The notes under the pieces: generated by a model
Databases searched by the model: none
What the model was told of the DNA's origin: nothing
What the model saw: only the letters and a program-made list of their open reading frames with translations
In this document: piece after piece, positions 24,691-38,284 of the stretch
Position numbering within the stretch: the first letter of the stretch is position 1
Layout of the letters: every line of letters begins with the position of its first letter
Translations under genes and position numbers: made by a program
Assembly (NCBI GenBank): GCA_030390025.1
Contig: CM059432.1
Coordinates: forward strand, 41,728,001-41,792,000
Reading direction: 5' to 3'
DNA: 64,000 nucleotides
DNA from: Squalus acanthias
Lineage: Eukaryota

Positions 24691-26221
24691 TACTACAGTT
24701 ATACAGGGCCTTGGTGAGACCACACCTGGAGTACTGTGTGAAGTTTTGGTCTCCTTACCTAAGAAAGGATATACTTGCCATAGAGGGAGTGCAGCGAAGG
24801 TTCACCAGACTGATTCCTGGGATGGCAGGACCGTCGTATGAGGAGAGATTGGGTCGACTAGGCCTGTATTCACTAGAGTTTAGAAGAATGAGAGGGGATC
24901 TCATTGAAACGTATAAAATTCTGACAGGGCTAGACAGACTGGATGCAGGGAGGATCTTTCCCCTGGCTGGGGCGTCTAGAACGAGGGGTCACAGTCTCAG
25001 GATACCGGATAGGACATTTAGGACTGAGATGAGGAGAAATTTCTTCACTCAAGAGGGTGGTGAACCTGTGGAATTCTCTACCACAGAAGGTTGTGGAGGC
25101 CAAGTCACTGAATATATTTAAGAAGGAGATAGATAGATTTCTAGACACAAAAGGCGTCAAGGGGTATGGGGAGAGAGCGGGAATATGGTATTGAGATAGA
25201 GGATCAGCCATGATCATATTGAATGGCGGAGCAGGCTCGAAGGGCTGAATGGCTTACTCCTGCTCCTATTTTTCTATGTTCTATGTTTCTAATATCGACT
25301 GGGCTTTCTGTCCCCGTGATCACATGGCCAGAATAATCACTTTGCCCAGCCACTGCCTGGGAGGAAATTCTACCCCAATATTCGAACTGCAGCCAACCAA
25401 TGATTTGTTTAGGTTTTACATTATCTCTGTTATTTTACCCTATGCCGTTATTTATAAAACCTAAGATCCTTTTTTCTTAACAGCTTTATCAACTTGTCCT
25501 ACGTAAGTCTCTTTGCTTCTGCATAAGAACAGGAGTAGACCATTCAATCCCTCCAGCCTGCTCCGCCATCCAATTAGATCAGGGCTGATCTGACACTTCA
25601 ACTCCATTTACCCGCCTCAGCTCCATATCCCTTGATACCCTTAACTAACAAACAGCTTTCAATCTCAGTCTTGAAAGCTCCAATTGTCACAGCATCTACA
25701 GCTTTTTGGGGCTCTACCTCTAAAGTTTTATCATTTAATGTTCTCTCCTTATTCAAAGTCTTCCAATGTTTAAACCCTACTTCAGTTCAGGTCCATTCCT
25801 TTGCATTAGGTGCCAGCTTGTCATGTAAGCAAAGTAGTTGTGTCATACTGTAAGTTGAAGGAAATATACACAGATAGGCATGTGCCAATGTTGTAGGCCA
25901 CCATGGTGTCATGAAGGGAACATGCAACATTCAGCTAGATTGCTTCATAGTGTTTTTATTTGTGAAGCCCTTTGAAAATGGAATGTATCAAGGCTTTTTA
26001 TTGTAAGTTACAACTGTAAGGTATGCCTTTGGGCATCCATGGTCACTGGATCCCAGCTCAGCTTTTTGGCCTTCTCCAGAAACGGAAGGAAACAAAGTGT
26101 TACTAACAGGTCCACACTACAGTTTAGTCATATGTAGTCTTCGCCTATAATATTGGAATAGGCCTGCTGTTCAATGTATGCTTTTGTGTCAGTGACTGAA
26201 TAGGATGGAATATAAAGAAAT

Positions 26222-26410
26222 AAAGAACTTGCATCTATATAGTGGCTTTTATGACCTCAGGATGTCCCATAACACTTCAGTCAATTAAATACTTTTGAAA
26301 TGTAGTCAATGTTCTAATTTGGGAAACACAGCAACCAATTTGTGCACAGCATGGTCTCACAAACAGCAAAAAGACAAATGACCAGATAATCTGTTATAGT
26401 GATGTTCCTT
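26222..26410 (-). mobile_element. Deu-type SINE 3' fragment
   Basis: Reverse complement of the SINE 3' end (acttttgaaatgtagtca, gaccagataatctg). Confidence 0.75.
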
Positions 26411-27109
26411 GAGGAACGAACGCCTTTTAAAGTTCCCCTCATCCTTTGCCAGCAACAACTGGTGACACGCGGATTCTGGCTCAGCCCTTTTGCCCTTCTG
26501 AGTTGCTGATGCCTGGCCCAAAATGGTACAAAAACTTGGCACCTTTAATTGGACGAGTGCTATTCCTGCTCCACCCACTGGGTCCATGCAAGGGCCCGAA
26601 AATGAACATGTGTGTCTTCAGAAAAGGACAGAAAACGTGGGGGACGGGGGCAAAAAGAAAAACAGTTACATACTGAATAACAACTATACTTAAGTATAAA
26701 TTAGCTGAGTGAAAATGTACAATGTAATCTGCTAATCATAAAAGTGCAGATCATAAATAGTTAGTGACAATCTGTATTTTTATCTTTGAAACATAGGAAA
26801 GTACAGGATTGGAAAAGACAATGAAGTCCCATCTGGCCAGTCTCAAACACTAATACCTGCCAATCGCCCACTCCCTCAAATATGTATCCAACTGTCCCTT
26901 AAATTTCCCATACCATATGCCGCCATTCTCTCACTGGGCCGCCTGTTGTAGAGATTTATCGCCGTCACCATAAAGAAGATAATCTAAATTATCTGTGTGT
27001 CGTCCCTCTTCTAAGTTTGTGCCTTTGTCCTGGCTTCTAGGGTTTGTAGCAATCTCAAGCAGATTACTGGGTTCAATTTATCTATTCCTTTAAGAATCTT
27101 GAATACTTA

Positions 27110-27310
<201 letters not shown>

Positions 27311-27339
27311 TTAAAGGTATATAAAAATTAAAAAAAACT

Positions 27340-27456
27340 TCAAATACTAGAAATCTAAAACGAAAACAGAAAATGCTAGAAATGCACAGTAGGATCATCA
27401 ACATCTGTAAAAAGAAAAGACAGGTTAACGTTTCAGGTATAACCCTTTGTCAGACC
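27340..27456 (-). mobile_element. Short Penelope-derived hammerhead-bearing repeat, degenerate
   Basis: Minus strand gtCTGACAAagggttatacctGAAACGTTaac; body resembles 60324-60463. Confidence 0.65.
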
Positions 27457-28797
27457 AAGCTCAGGTACAGTATCTCATCATTTACTTGGGCCCTCTCCAG
27501 CACTCTGGTCTGAACACGGATTTTAGTAATTTCTGGATTTAGCTGCACCCCCCATTTTCTTTACAACAGGCAGTGCTGGAGAAGTAGATTGAGCCTGTTT
27601 ACTGTTTTCATTTCAGGCTTCCTACATCTGCACGCTTTATTTCCCCTTCAATTTCCTCATTTATTTTCATGTGTCGGCCTTCCTTTTACCTTTTCACTGA
27701 CTTACCAATTCACACATATTTTTGATGTTTTACTGTATTATTTCTGGTGAAGGATTATGCTCAGAATGTGAACTTGTCTTTTCTCTTTAGAGGCTGTACT
27801 TGTTCCACAGGTTCGACAGAGACTCAAATTATAAGGAAGAATGTAATGCAAAGCCTCCAGCTGGGTGTGACTTCTGTTGCTGAGTCAGTTACAGAAAATT
27901 ATGCTACTTAAATATCATTACATTTTAATCTTGTGACTGCGTAAATAGCACTACTGTAGGTTACTTGTCTCTAAAACACGATGCCATTTCCAGAACACCA
28001 CTTCTCCAACAAACAACACCAGTCACAATTAACTACTTGCCAGTTTTGTCAGTGTCCAGACCCACAGATGAGGAAAGAAAAGAATTAATGGAACCCATCC
28101 TGGGTATTGGGTAGGAAAACTGTTGCAAACTCACAGCACAGCTTGCGACAGTCAGTCTCACCATTAACCCCGCCCTGGTGATTGTTCATAACATAATCAA
28201 CAAAAAGGAATAAGTGAATGAAAAGATAAAGCAATACTGTGAACAGAAAAAGGAAAATAAATCACTTCTTGAAACCAAATAGCATGGAAAAACCTAGATT
28301 AGCAGAATAAATAATATTGTGACATACAACTCTGGGAATTGAGGATAAAGAAATGGTAATATTCAAATAGTGAGGCAATAATGAAGAAATTAGAGAGAAA
28401 GAGAGAGACAAACAGAAATAGAGAAATGAGAAGAAAAGATTATCAAACGCCAGTGAAGTGGGTGCAGATCTGAGGAATTTCACAGCCAGTGAATTCTAAT
28501 GATATGATTGGGCTTCATATTAAAATACAAAAGTGTAAAAGAGCAAAATTAAAACAGCTAAACTGACAAAACTGCTCATGTAAGCTGGGTTACAAGTTAT
28601 ATCTACACTAGCATTAAATGCTGTTTCTTAGAAGTGCATGGTACATGAATCTCCGAAGGGGGCTGAGAAAAGAAAAAGTTTAGGAACCTCTGATTTAGAA
28701 GAAGGCATATTAAAGGATACACAAATTCCAACCCTATGGGCAACAAAAATATGCACAAAATAATACAAATATTCAAACAACTCATTACATTAAGAAC

Positions 28798-28877
28798 TGA
28801 AATCGTAAAATGCTGGAAACACTCAGCAGGTCAGGCAGCATCTGTGGAGCAAGAAACAGAGTTAACGTTTCAGGTCT
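28798..28877 (-). mobile_element. Fragment of the same Penelope-derived repeat
   Basis: aaatgctggaaacactcagcaggtcaggcagcatctgtggag...gttaacgtttcaggtc is the reverse complement of 60341-60415. Confidence 0.75.
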
Positions 28878-29019
28878 GGGAAATTCCTTTCCAACTCCCA
28901 AGGGCGATCAAACCTCGTCCAGTAGACCACAATGACCATAATTATATTACTTAGTATTTCACCTACCTTTTGTATGCTGTGATTTCTGCCCCAGCCAGGA
29001 ACTAGTCCAGCTCTCTTTT

Positions 29020-29505
29020 GAAGGTATTCAGTGAATCCGCATTCACTGCACAAGCTGGCAACTTGTTCCATAGATCTATGATCCTTTAGGAAAAGAAGAG
29101 CCTTCTGATATCTAAACTAGTTCTATCTTGCGAAACTTATAGGCCAATCCTTCGTTCTTCCTAACCTATCTAATTGAAATAATCCATCTATATGAACACA
29201 ATCTAGTCCCTTCATTATTTTAAACACCTCAATCAAATCCCTCCAGAGTATACGCTTCTCTAAATAGACAAAGCCTTTTAAGCATATCAGGGTAACCAAG
29301 GTGTCTTAAACTGGGTAAATTCTCATTGCCCTCATCTGAACCTTTTCTAAAGCCTCTATAACATCCATCATGCGAGGGGACCAAAACTAGACATAGTATT
29401 CTAAGTGTGGAGTGACCAAGGACGTACAAAAGGTCAATATGCTGCTTTTTGTTTGATATTGAATCATCCTAACCACGCAACCTAATACTTTATTTGCTTT
29501 GGCTA
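29020..29505 (-). mobile_element. Old CR1 fragment (another piece at about 32201-32490)
   Basis: Degenerate RT C-terminal reading; GNYRLISLTS at 32194-32439. Confidence 0.6.
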
Positions 29506-29509
29506 CAGG

Positions 29510-32200
29510 GTTCGCGATTCACACTCCTGTTTGCCTGGTACCAGTCAGCACATAAAATTAATGGTGGCAGCTCATTATAATGATTCTGGCGATAAGCCAG
29601 CTATTCATTGGCTGTATGCCTGTTTGGGGGTGTGGGAAATCGGGCAACTCTGATGCCACGTAAAGATAGCTAGCACCTCTTAAAGGGGAGGTGCACTCTG
29701 GCTGCAGATGAGAGGGAAACTTCCAAAATTGAATAAAATGGCTGGAAGAGGTCCCGAGAGAGCACCTAGGTTCTCTGATAGCAAGTTGCAGGCCCTGGTC
29801 CATGCAGCAGATAGGAGAGAGATCCTGTTTCCCCCAGGGGGGCAGAAAGCTCTCCAGGCAACAACTCCACCACCAGTGAGAAGAGGTTGCAGAGGAGGTC
29901 AATGCCAGGAGCTTAGCTACTAGGACATGGCTGCAAACCCAAAAGAAGTTTAATGACCTCATCAGAGCTGTTAAAGTAAGAATATTGCTCTCTTACTCTC
30001 TGCTCACACCTCCACCACCACCAGCCTCACTTCTCACAATTCTAGCTTCCCTTCACTCTCCAACAATCACTGCACCACAGCTCATGCTAGCTCCTTCTCC
30101 TCATACTCACACACCTCACATCTTACAAACTGCATACAAACTTTTCCACCATGACCAGTACATTCTCTAAGCACCTCTTAAAGATGTCACGAACACACTC
30201 CCTTCATTAATGCAGAAGAAGGTCGCGAACAACTCCAGACAGGAAGCTGCCAACGGAGGAGGTTGAGCCCGCTGGCACACCATCTTCCCCCTTGAAGAAA
30301 ATGTGCCGGCCATCACAGGGGCAGGGGAAGAGTCATATATATGGAGTTAGGTCGCAGATCAGCCGTGATCTCAGTGAATGGCGGAACAGGCTCGAGGGGC
30401 TAAATGGCCTACTCCTGTTTCAATGTTCATGGCTATGGCAAATTGCAATGCTGAGGAGACATCACACAGGATTTCTTCACAGCTTTATCCTCTTTTTCCC
30501 TTCTTCTATCTCATCCTACAGATTCTGTATGGCAAACTGCAGCTGCTTTCACTAGCCACTTCCTTCTCTCATTTTCTTTCACACTAAACGCTAACCCTTG
30601 TCCCTCTCTTTCATTTCAGGTGCTGAAAATGTGGAGATACCTCTACCACAGGAAGAGGAGGGCAGCCTTTCTGCATATGCACTGTCACTCGATCTGATCC
30701 TAGCAAGCACCAGCTCAGAGACTGGCACCACATGAGAGCAGGACAGAGGATGGGGCTTCACGTGATGAATCACCGGCCACAAGTGCGCCGGAGCTAGGGT
30801 GGGGGATAGGAAGCCACAGGTGCCTGTTCACCGAAGACGACATCATATACTAGCTCTGCTGCAGAGAACTCAGATGCAGACCTCGAGGGCCCAGGCTACC
30901 GAAAAAGGCTGAAAAAGAGCATATTACAGGTGTGCTAGATCCACTGGGAAGCCTGCCAGCAATCTTGAGTGCAATGGCTCAGAGCATGGAGGAGTCCAGC
31001 TCCAACTTGTGTAGGGACTTCTTATACCTGTTAAATATTAGACACAGCTGGAATTAAGTTGTTGGATAATTTATTTTTGTTTTGTTCTGGACTTGGTGTT
31101 GGTGTTAATATTTGTAGTAAAGTGCGGGCAAGACCCATAAGGCTGGACTAAAGCAAGGAAATCTGATGGTGGTATTAAGGACAGTGGTGATAAGGATTGC
31201 AGGACTGTCAGGTTATTGGGGATGGTTCATGTGAAGTGCTCTTGGATGAGCTGGCAGTTTGGTGGTCGAGGCTCATGCGCTTCCTCCTCTTCATGCTGCT
31301 TTTCCTACTCCTCCTCCTGCTGTATTTCTTGCTGCCCAGGCGATGGTAAGGGCGGGTCCCTCATGATGGCAAAATTACGCAGCATGCGGTAGATGATCAC
31401 AAATCTAAATACACGGTTAGGGCTGTACTGCAAAGCTTGTCCTGAACAGTCCAGGCAGCAGAGACATTGCTTGAGCACGCTGACTGTCTGCTTCATAATG
31501 TTGCTGGTGGCAGCATGGCTCTCATTATAGGCCACATCTGCAGCTATTCTTGGGTTCCTGACTTGTTCCTCAGTGAAGTTCAGGTAGGAGAAGTGCTCCC
31601 TGAAGACCCTCTGTGGGTATAGCCTCCTGTGCAGTGCTCTCCTCCTCCCTCTTCTCCCAGCTGCTCCTGCTCTCTTCTTGGCTGCTCCCCACAGTCCTAC
31701 AGCCTCTAAGGGCAGACCAACCATGACTGCAGTAAAACTGCATTGAAGGCAGCCAAAAGCTGTCCAGTATCAGCAAACATTTCTGACCAGAAGTCAGGAT
31801 TTAGTTGTAGAAGTCAGAAAAAAGGCCAAACAACAGCTATAGAGGACAAACCAGCAACTAACCTATATGGAGGGGATGAGTCCTTTGAATAACACTGCTG
31901 AAGGGTCCTTGCTGCCTGTTGGCTCCACGAGTTGCTGAGCAAGTTTAGCCCACGGCGAATCAAGCAGTGGGGCTGCCCAATTTCATAAAAGGGTCTTACA
32001 ACCAACATAGGACCCTTATTTAAATATTATAATGAGCTTCCTGAATTATTTCGACATGCACCTTGGACGCCTATGGAGGAGTTCGATCCAATATGGTGAG
32101 TGGTGCACTTCCAATGTGGGGTGGGTGCCCACCATATTGGATGCTTAAGCGCCCGTTTTATGCTTGTAAAATGAGCGTGGCACCATTGAATATCTAGGCC
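29510..32200. mobile_element. Degenerate Harbinger C (Myb on plus, internally deleted transposase on minus)
   Basis: MAGRGPERAPRFSDSKLQALV at 29738; transposase FREHFSYLNFTEEQ joined directly to AYNESHAAT..LKQC..CLD; right end AATATCTAGGCC; left TIR not found. Confidence 0.8.
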
Positions 32201-32485
32201 GGCCATTTTTCCCAGTAGCAGTGTTGAGTGTCTCTAACAACTCCTCTATCCAGGTAAACACATAGAGTATCTCTTATGATCCCCTCTAGCCTCTTACACA
32301 TAATTGAAGTTAAGCTAATGAGCCTATAGTTCCCTGGTTGTGACCTCCTGAAAATCGGTACTACATGAGCCTCCTTCCAGGTTAAGGGAACAATCTTCGA
32401 TGCTAGCAAGCTGTAAAAGTTATGAGAAAGGGGTCGCAAAGCATGTGTCCCATTTCTTTAAGCACCTTCCAGTGGATGCCATTCA

Positions 32486-32743
<258 letters not shown>

Positions 32744-32904
32744 TTAACATTCCCAGCGGCGAAAAGAAAGATAAATAAATAGTTAGAAGTTAACAGGAAT
32801 TGAACAGCATAAATATGGTAATGTGATTAACTACTAAAATATAGGAAGAAAAGAACTACAGAAGTATAAGTTTAGAAATGGGATCTGGAATTGTGAAAGG
32901 TAAT

Positions 32905-33672
32905 GGCCCTGAAATTCGCCTCTCCAGCTTGCCGCGGGGGTAAGGATCACGCGCGCACTTACCTACCGCGCCTGCCGTTGACCTCTGGGCTCACGGGAAC
33001 TTCAGCTCCTGGGCCTGCTCCAAGTGCCGGTGCACAGTGCTTGCGTGTCCCAAGGGTGTAGTTAGTGCGATGCGTCCCCTGGGATCACGTGGGCCATAGA
33101 GAGCCAATGGCAGCAGACCATCTTTCATTCATAGATTTGACAGGAAGACCTGTCAAATCTATGAATTGAAATCGGCCCCAAAAGAACAGCTAAACTTCAA
33201 ATAAATTTTTTTTTAAAAACCCTCACATTTATAAAATAACTATAAGTTAAATAAATTAACTACTTTAGACAAAAATTTAAATTTTTGAAAAAATTAAAAT
33301 ACTTTTTAACAGTGCTAAAAATAAACTTTCCTTTCTTTAAAGTATCTAAAAAAGATAAACCTGTTGAAATTTTTTTTAAATTATAATTAATTAACCACTT
33401 ACCTGGTTGAAAACGGGTCCTGCGCCTCCTTTTTAAAAGCGCAGGTTCTTCAATACTACCCTCCCGGAGAAACCTGAAAAAAACCCTAAGTTTGCTGCGT
33501 GCGCGCAGCCTCTACCGCGCACGCGGTTCACCTCCTGAACCGCTCCCTTCACCAGACCGGAAGTTCCGGTTTCCCGCGCATGCGCAGTGCATGCAGGAAA
33601 CCGGCACTTCAGGAGGCCTTGCGGGTGAGTACACAGTGCGTACTCACCCGGCAAGTGCCGAATTTTTGGCCC
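32905..33672. mobile_element. Harbinger MITE with AT-rich core
   Basis: Imperfect TIR GGCCCTGAAATTCG / CGAATTTTTGGCCC; flanks AAT/ACT. Confidence 0.72.
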
Positions 33673-34247
33673 ACTATGTCCAGCAATAAATATACTAGAT
33701 TAACTATAGTCTTTGTGTTGTTCATGGTATGCTATGATCTATTAATTTTTTACTGGGCACAAATCAGTGTGGTGCTATCAAATTAAATTAACACCGAGTA
33801 TTACTGTAGCTTTTTAAAATATTCATGTAGTATTCATCTAATTTGCATATGACATGATTTAGCAAATCATAGGCCAGAAGTTTGCCTTCATAGGAATTAC
33901 TAGATGAAAAAAGACCAGGTTCATCTAGCTCGTTTGCTACCATTCTGGTAGTCGCATGATGCAATGATAATGGTTTTGTTGACTAATCACACAAATCAAT
34001 CTCTATCAATTAGTCTACAACAGACCAGACATGATGTGAGGAAAATCCCAGTGGTGGAGAGCTTTAAGAACCATAGGTCCAAAGTTACCTGTTCCTCTAC
34101 ACTTACCATGTTATATCTCAAATTACTCATGTACTGTATCCCAAAATGTTATTTTCTGACAGACATCTATCTAATTTGCATTTGAATGAATCAATATTGA
34201 CTGCTTCCACCATCTCCTGAGATTGACCCCTCGCTCACTGAAATAAT

Positions 34248-37200
34248 GGGCTGGATTTTGTCAGTGTGGGTGGGCTAGGGCGTGTCAGGTGGAAATCATG
34301 TCAGGACCCCGACTCCTAAGTGATGTGTTGAAAAAGTAGGATTTTCCCCTAAGTGGGCAATTGATTTCCTGCGTGTGGGAACCACTGGCCCAATGAGTCT
34401 TTTCATACAGAAAGTCGCCTCTGATGACATCATCAATGCTGTTTGATTTAAGGCCTGCAATCAGCCTTGATTCTTCTGGAGACTGCAAAGGCTCTGCAAT
34501 TTATATGAAGGAGTTGAATTGTGGAAAATGTCAACGATCAAGCAAAAGTGTGCTCCTCGGTTTGATGAGCCCTCCCTCCAAGCTCTGGTGTACAGAGCCA
34601 GCTGTAATAAGGAGGTGCTGTTCCCTTCCTCAGGGAGAAAAAAGCCACCCCAGCAGACAAAAGCTGTGTGGCTACAAGTGGCCCAGGAGGTCAACTCCAT
34701 TTCGGTTAGACGCAGAACCTGGCTGCAATGCAGAAAGAGGTTTCATGACCTTCTCCACACAGGAAAAGTGAGTATGACTTTCCCATCACCCTCAATCTGA
34801 TCCCCATCGCCTCTCCTCACCAGCACTCTGCTTTGCCAACCTCTTCCTCCACATGCCACTTGACACTTACATCCCTGCACCCTTACCCATTCCTTCTCTC
34901 TCAATGGACACATTCACTTAACTATTCAACTATGCAGCCCTCACACTACCTATCACTGTGATGCCATGACAACAACAACTCACAACACACAGGGAGGGTC
35001 CTTTGTATCCTTCTAAGCATCTATGCTATGCATTCACTACACTCACTCCTTCATTCTCACTCAAACTCCACTTGTGTCCCTCATTGCAGGAAAAGAGAGC
35101 CCACAATAAGAGGGAAAGAGCCATGACAGGAGGAGGGCCACCCTCAGTAGCCCAGCTCACCCCCTGGGAGGAGGCAGCCCTGGAAATTGCTGGGATCGAG
35201 GAGGAAACCCAAGTGTGGGACGGACAGACGGGCGCATCACAGCAAGCTGGTGACAGAATAGTTTGGAATCTCTCTCGTTGACATAGCATGAGTCACTGAT
35301 AATGATTCTGATGCTCTAACAGATTGACTTATGATCATCTGCAATATTCAATGCGCATGTAACCTTGGCCTCACATCTCTAACTCTTTCCTTTACTCCCC
35401 CACAGGACCATCAAGAGCCCCCGTGCCCACTGTCCAGGAGGAACAGCCTGAGCCTCCAGACTCCTCAGAGGAAGCTGCAACCTCTGAGGGTGCAGTGTCA
35501 GCGGAATTCAGCGCACCCAGCACCAGCGCAGACACTCACACCTCGGTGGGACCTTCGCAAGATAGAGTAGTGTTGTCACCTGGTGTATCACAGCTCACAA
35601 GTAAGCATCAGCAGATGGTGGAGACAGGGACAGCAGTGGAGAGTCCTCGTCGGAGGGCGCAGGACTCTGCCAGCTCGGCTCCGCTGCGTGTTGACGCTGT
35701 GCCTCCGGGTCCATCCAGAAGGAGAGCAGTGCTGGAACTCCAGGTGCAGGAGTATCTGGCAGGTTTTGTCTCCAGGGTCGCTGCGAGTGTGGAGCGAATG
35801 GAGGAGTCCATCGCGAACATGAGCAGAGCCTTTGTGGAGGCAATGGTGCATGAACGCATCACCGCGGAAAGGATGGCAACCTCCGTGGAAAGGATGGCTA
35901 CCTCTGTGGTAAGGCTGGCTACCATAGAGGAGAGGATGGCTACGGTAGAGGGGAGGATGGCTACGTCCATGGAGGAGCTTAGTCGCCAGGGTATTGAAAA
36001 CACGGTCATTGTTCAGAATAGAATGACATCTCTTGAGGAGCGCTGGTCAGCTATTGAGCAAACAAACCAGACCTTCATGCAAGTCCTCTGGAGTAGGACT
36101 TCCAGTGCAGAAATGGGTCCTCATGGCCCCCTGCAGTGCAGCAAGGTGCTGTCAAGCCACTTGCTAGCTCTGAAGTGGGGCTGACCCATGAGTGGGATGT
36201 TCGTGGCAGACAACAAGGAAGTGGGGGCTCCTCTCCAAGCGCTCACATGACCATGCCACTGCAAAGCCCTCAGTCAGAGCCCCACCAAAGTCCTCACCCA
36301 ACTGAGATGGGTGTCTCAGCCCCTGCACAGCCGCAGGAGCAGCAGACTGTTGGCGAGCCCGCACAGGTTCGCCACCCCAGAGGACGCCCGCCAAAGGCGT
36401 CGAGACAGGAGCAGCAAGAGAGTGAGCAAGGGGCCCCCACATCTGCTGAAGCCACAGGGGAACCACGTAGGAGCACGCCTAAGAGGAAGATAAAGCACAA
36501 GTAGTCACAAGGGTAGTCACTTGGGTGCTTGTAGTTTTGTTTTTAGACCAGCCATTATTGTGATTGTATTATAAAGTGTTTTGATGGCAAACTGTTGAAG
36601 TTGTGGCCTGTGTCATTTCGCAAATGGGACTTTCACATTGAGGGCTTAGGGCGCCTTGCGATTGTCAGAATGGCAGTCAGAGTGATAGGATTCTGCAGGT
36701 TCTTGTCCATTGTCGATGCTCTGGTAAGAAGGAGCGAGACTAAAGTATTTGATTGTGCAGGCTAAGCAAATCTGACCAGGATGAGTGCGTCCCTTGCATC
36801 CCGGGCAGCAATGTTGTCGTGCGCTGGCGCCTTCTGGCCTGTGCATCTTCAGTTGGGTGACTAGCAGCTTGGCGCTCCTGTTGATGCTCCTGCTGTTGCT
36901 CATGGTTCTGCTGCTGCCGCGGCTGGTCTTTGTCCGAATCTGATGTCCAGGAGGAAAGGAATTAAATAGTCGCCATGCTTCTGGTATATGCCTCAGTTGA
37001 GGAAGCGCTTAGTCAAGGTGGGGAGAGGGGTTTCCCAGGAGGTCACACTGGAGATGGGTGTCAGGCTCCAAACTTCCACAACACTGAGTATGCCTGCTAA
37101 AAGTTCCCCCAGACCTGAAACAACAAAGTTCTGCCACCTGCAAAAGATCATTGGTGAAAACTCCTTTGTAATGGCAGAGCTGCAGCTGTTAGTAAGCAAT

Positions 37201-37506
37201 CCACTTGTGAGGCCGCCAGCATTACCTGCCGTGTTCCAGAGGAGACGTGTAGGATGGGGGGAATGTCTAAAAATCGGAAAAGCCTCTCAAAATGGGATTA
37301 CAGAGGCAATTAAGTGATTGTTAAGGACCTTAAGGGCCTATTCCGCCTCTTGGAGGCGGGATGGAAAGGGGGTCAGAAAACACGCATTTAGGAAAATTGC
37401 TCGGAGGCGGGATGGAGGTGGGATGGGGCCCGCCCCCCATTTTTGGCAATTTTAACAACTCGCACGCCTCCAAACCCGCCTCCTCAGGGCTGGTAAAATC
37501 CAGCCC
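34248..37506 (+). mobile_element. Harbinger D, non-autonomous, Myb gene retained
   Basis: TIR GGGCTGGATTTT/AAAATCCAGCCC; TSD AAT; inserted in an old minus-strand CR1 (33897-34247 and 37507-37858). Confidence 0.93.
34528..36184 (+). CDS. Spliced Harbinger Myb/SANT-like protein (exons 34528-34767, 35090-35249, 35406-36184)
   Basis: GT-AG sites keep one open frame of about 390 aa. SANT motif APRFDEPSLQALV..WLQVAQEVNS..RTWLQCRKRFHDL; coiled-coil heptads. The basic tail lies in another frame, to 36504. Confidence 0.7.
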
Positions 37507-37858
37507 AATGTTTCCGCAGATTAGTTTTGAATTTACTCTGCTTCAAACGCAGGCCATGTCCTCTGGTTCTACTCTTCTGGACAAAGTGAAATAGCTTGCC
37601 ATCGTCTACATTATCGAGTCCCTTTAGAATTCTAAAAACAGCAATCATATCACCTCTCAACCTTCTCTTTTCCAGTGAGAACATGCCCAATTTGCATAAT
37701 CACTCCTCATGATCCAATCCCTCCACCCGCTCAATCATTCTGGTTGCTTTCTTCTGTATCCTTTCAATAGGTACAATATTCTTTTTGTAATGCAGCAACC
37801 AGAACTGTGTACACATAATTCTAAGTGCAATCACACCAATGATTTAGAAAGTGGCAGG

Positions 37859-38008
37859 CAATGTTCCCACTAATTTATTTTTGGGTGCGCGGCCCCTTTA
37901 TCAGGCTTTGTGGCCCATTCAATTTCTCGCGCATGCGCGGTTATTTCAATTGTAAAGCCATTGAGCAGCCTGCGCGGGATTTCCAGATCGCTATTAACGG
38001 GAACATTG
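37859..38008. mobile_element. hAT-type MITE, 150 bp
   Basis: TIR CAATGTTCCC/GGGAACATTG; 8-bp TSD gtggcagg/gtggtagg. Confidence 0.82.
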
Positions 38009-38284
38009 GTGGTAGGATTATCTCACTATTTCAGCTCAAAACTGACCTTTTAATCCATCCCTACACCTGATTTGCTTTACTCACTGCCACCTTGTGATAG
38101 CTTCAATATATTGTCAATCAGGACACCTTGATCTCGTTCATTTTCCATGCACAGTATTTTGATACGGTGTTATCATGAGTTTGAAGGCCTGGTAGGTAAG
38201 TCGGTCGTGCCTTTTTCATAGTAGAGCCCCAACAATCCATTACTGGATTGTTTTTTCCACACTATTTAAAAAAAACATACTTAC

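Larger units (their letters stand above)
16685..25290 (+). mobile_element. Near full-length degenerate CR1 LINE with three nested insertions
   Basis: Repetitive 5' UTR; ORF1 from 17362 (CxxC...CxxC, zipper, SGNH-like esterase); ORF2 APE endonuclease (ITETWL, YRPP, GDFN, SDH) and RT; 3' tail ttctatgttctatgtttct. Confidence 0.92.
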
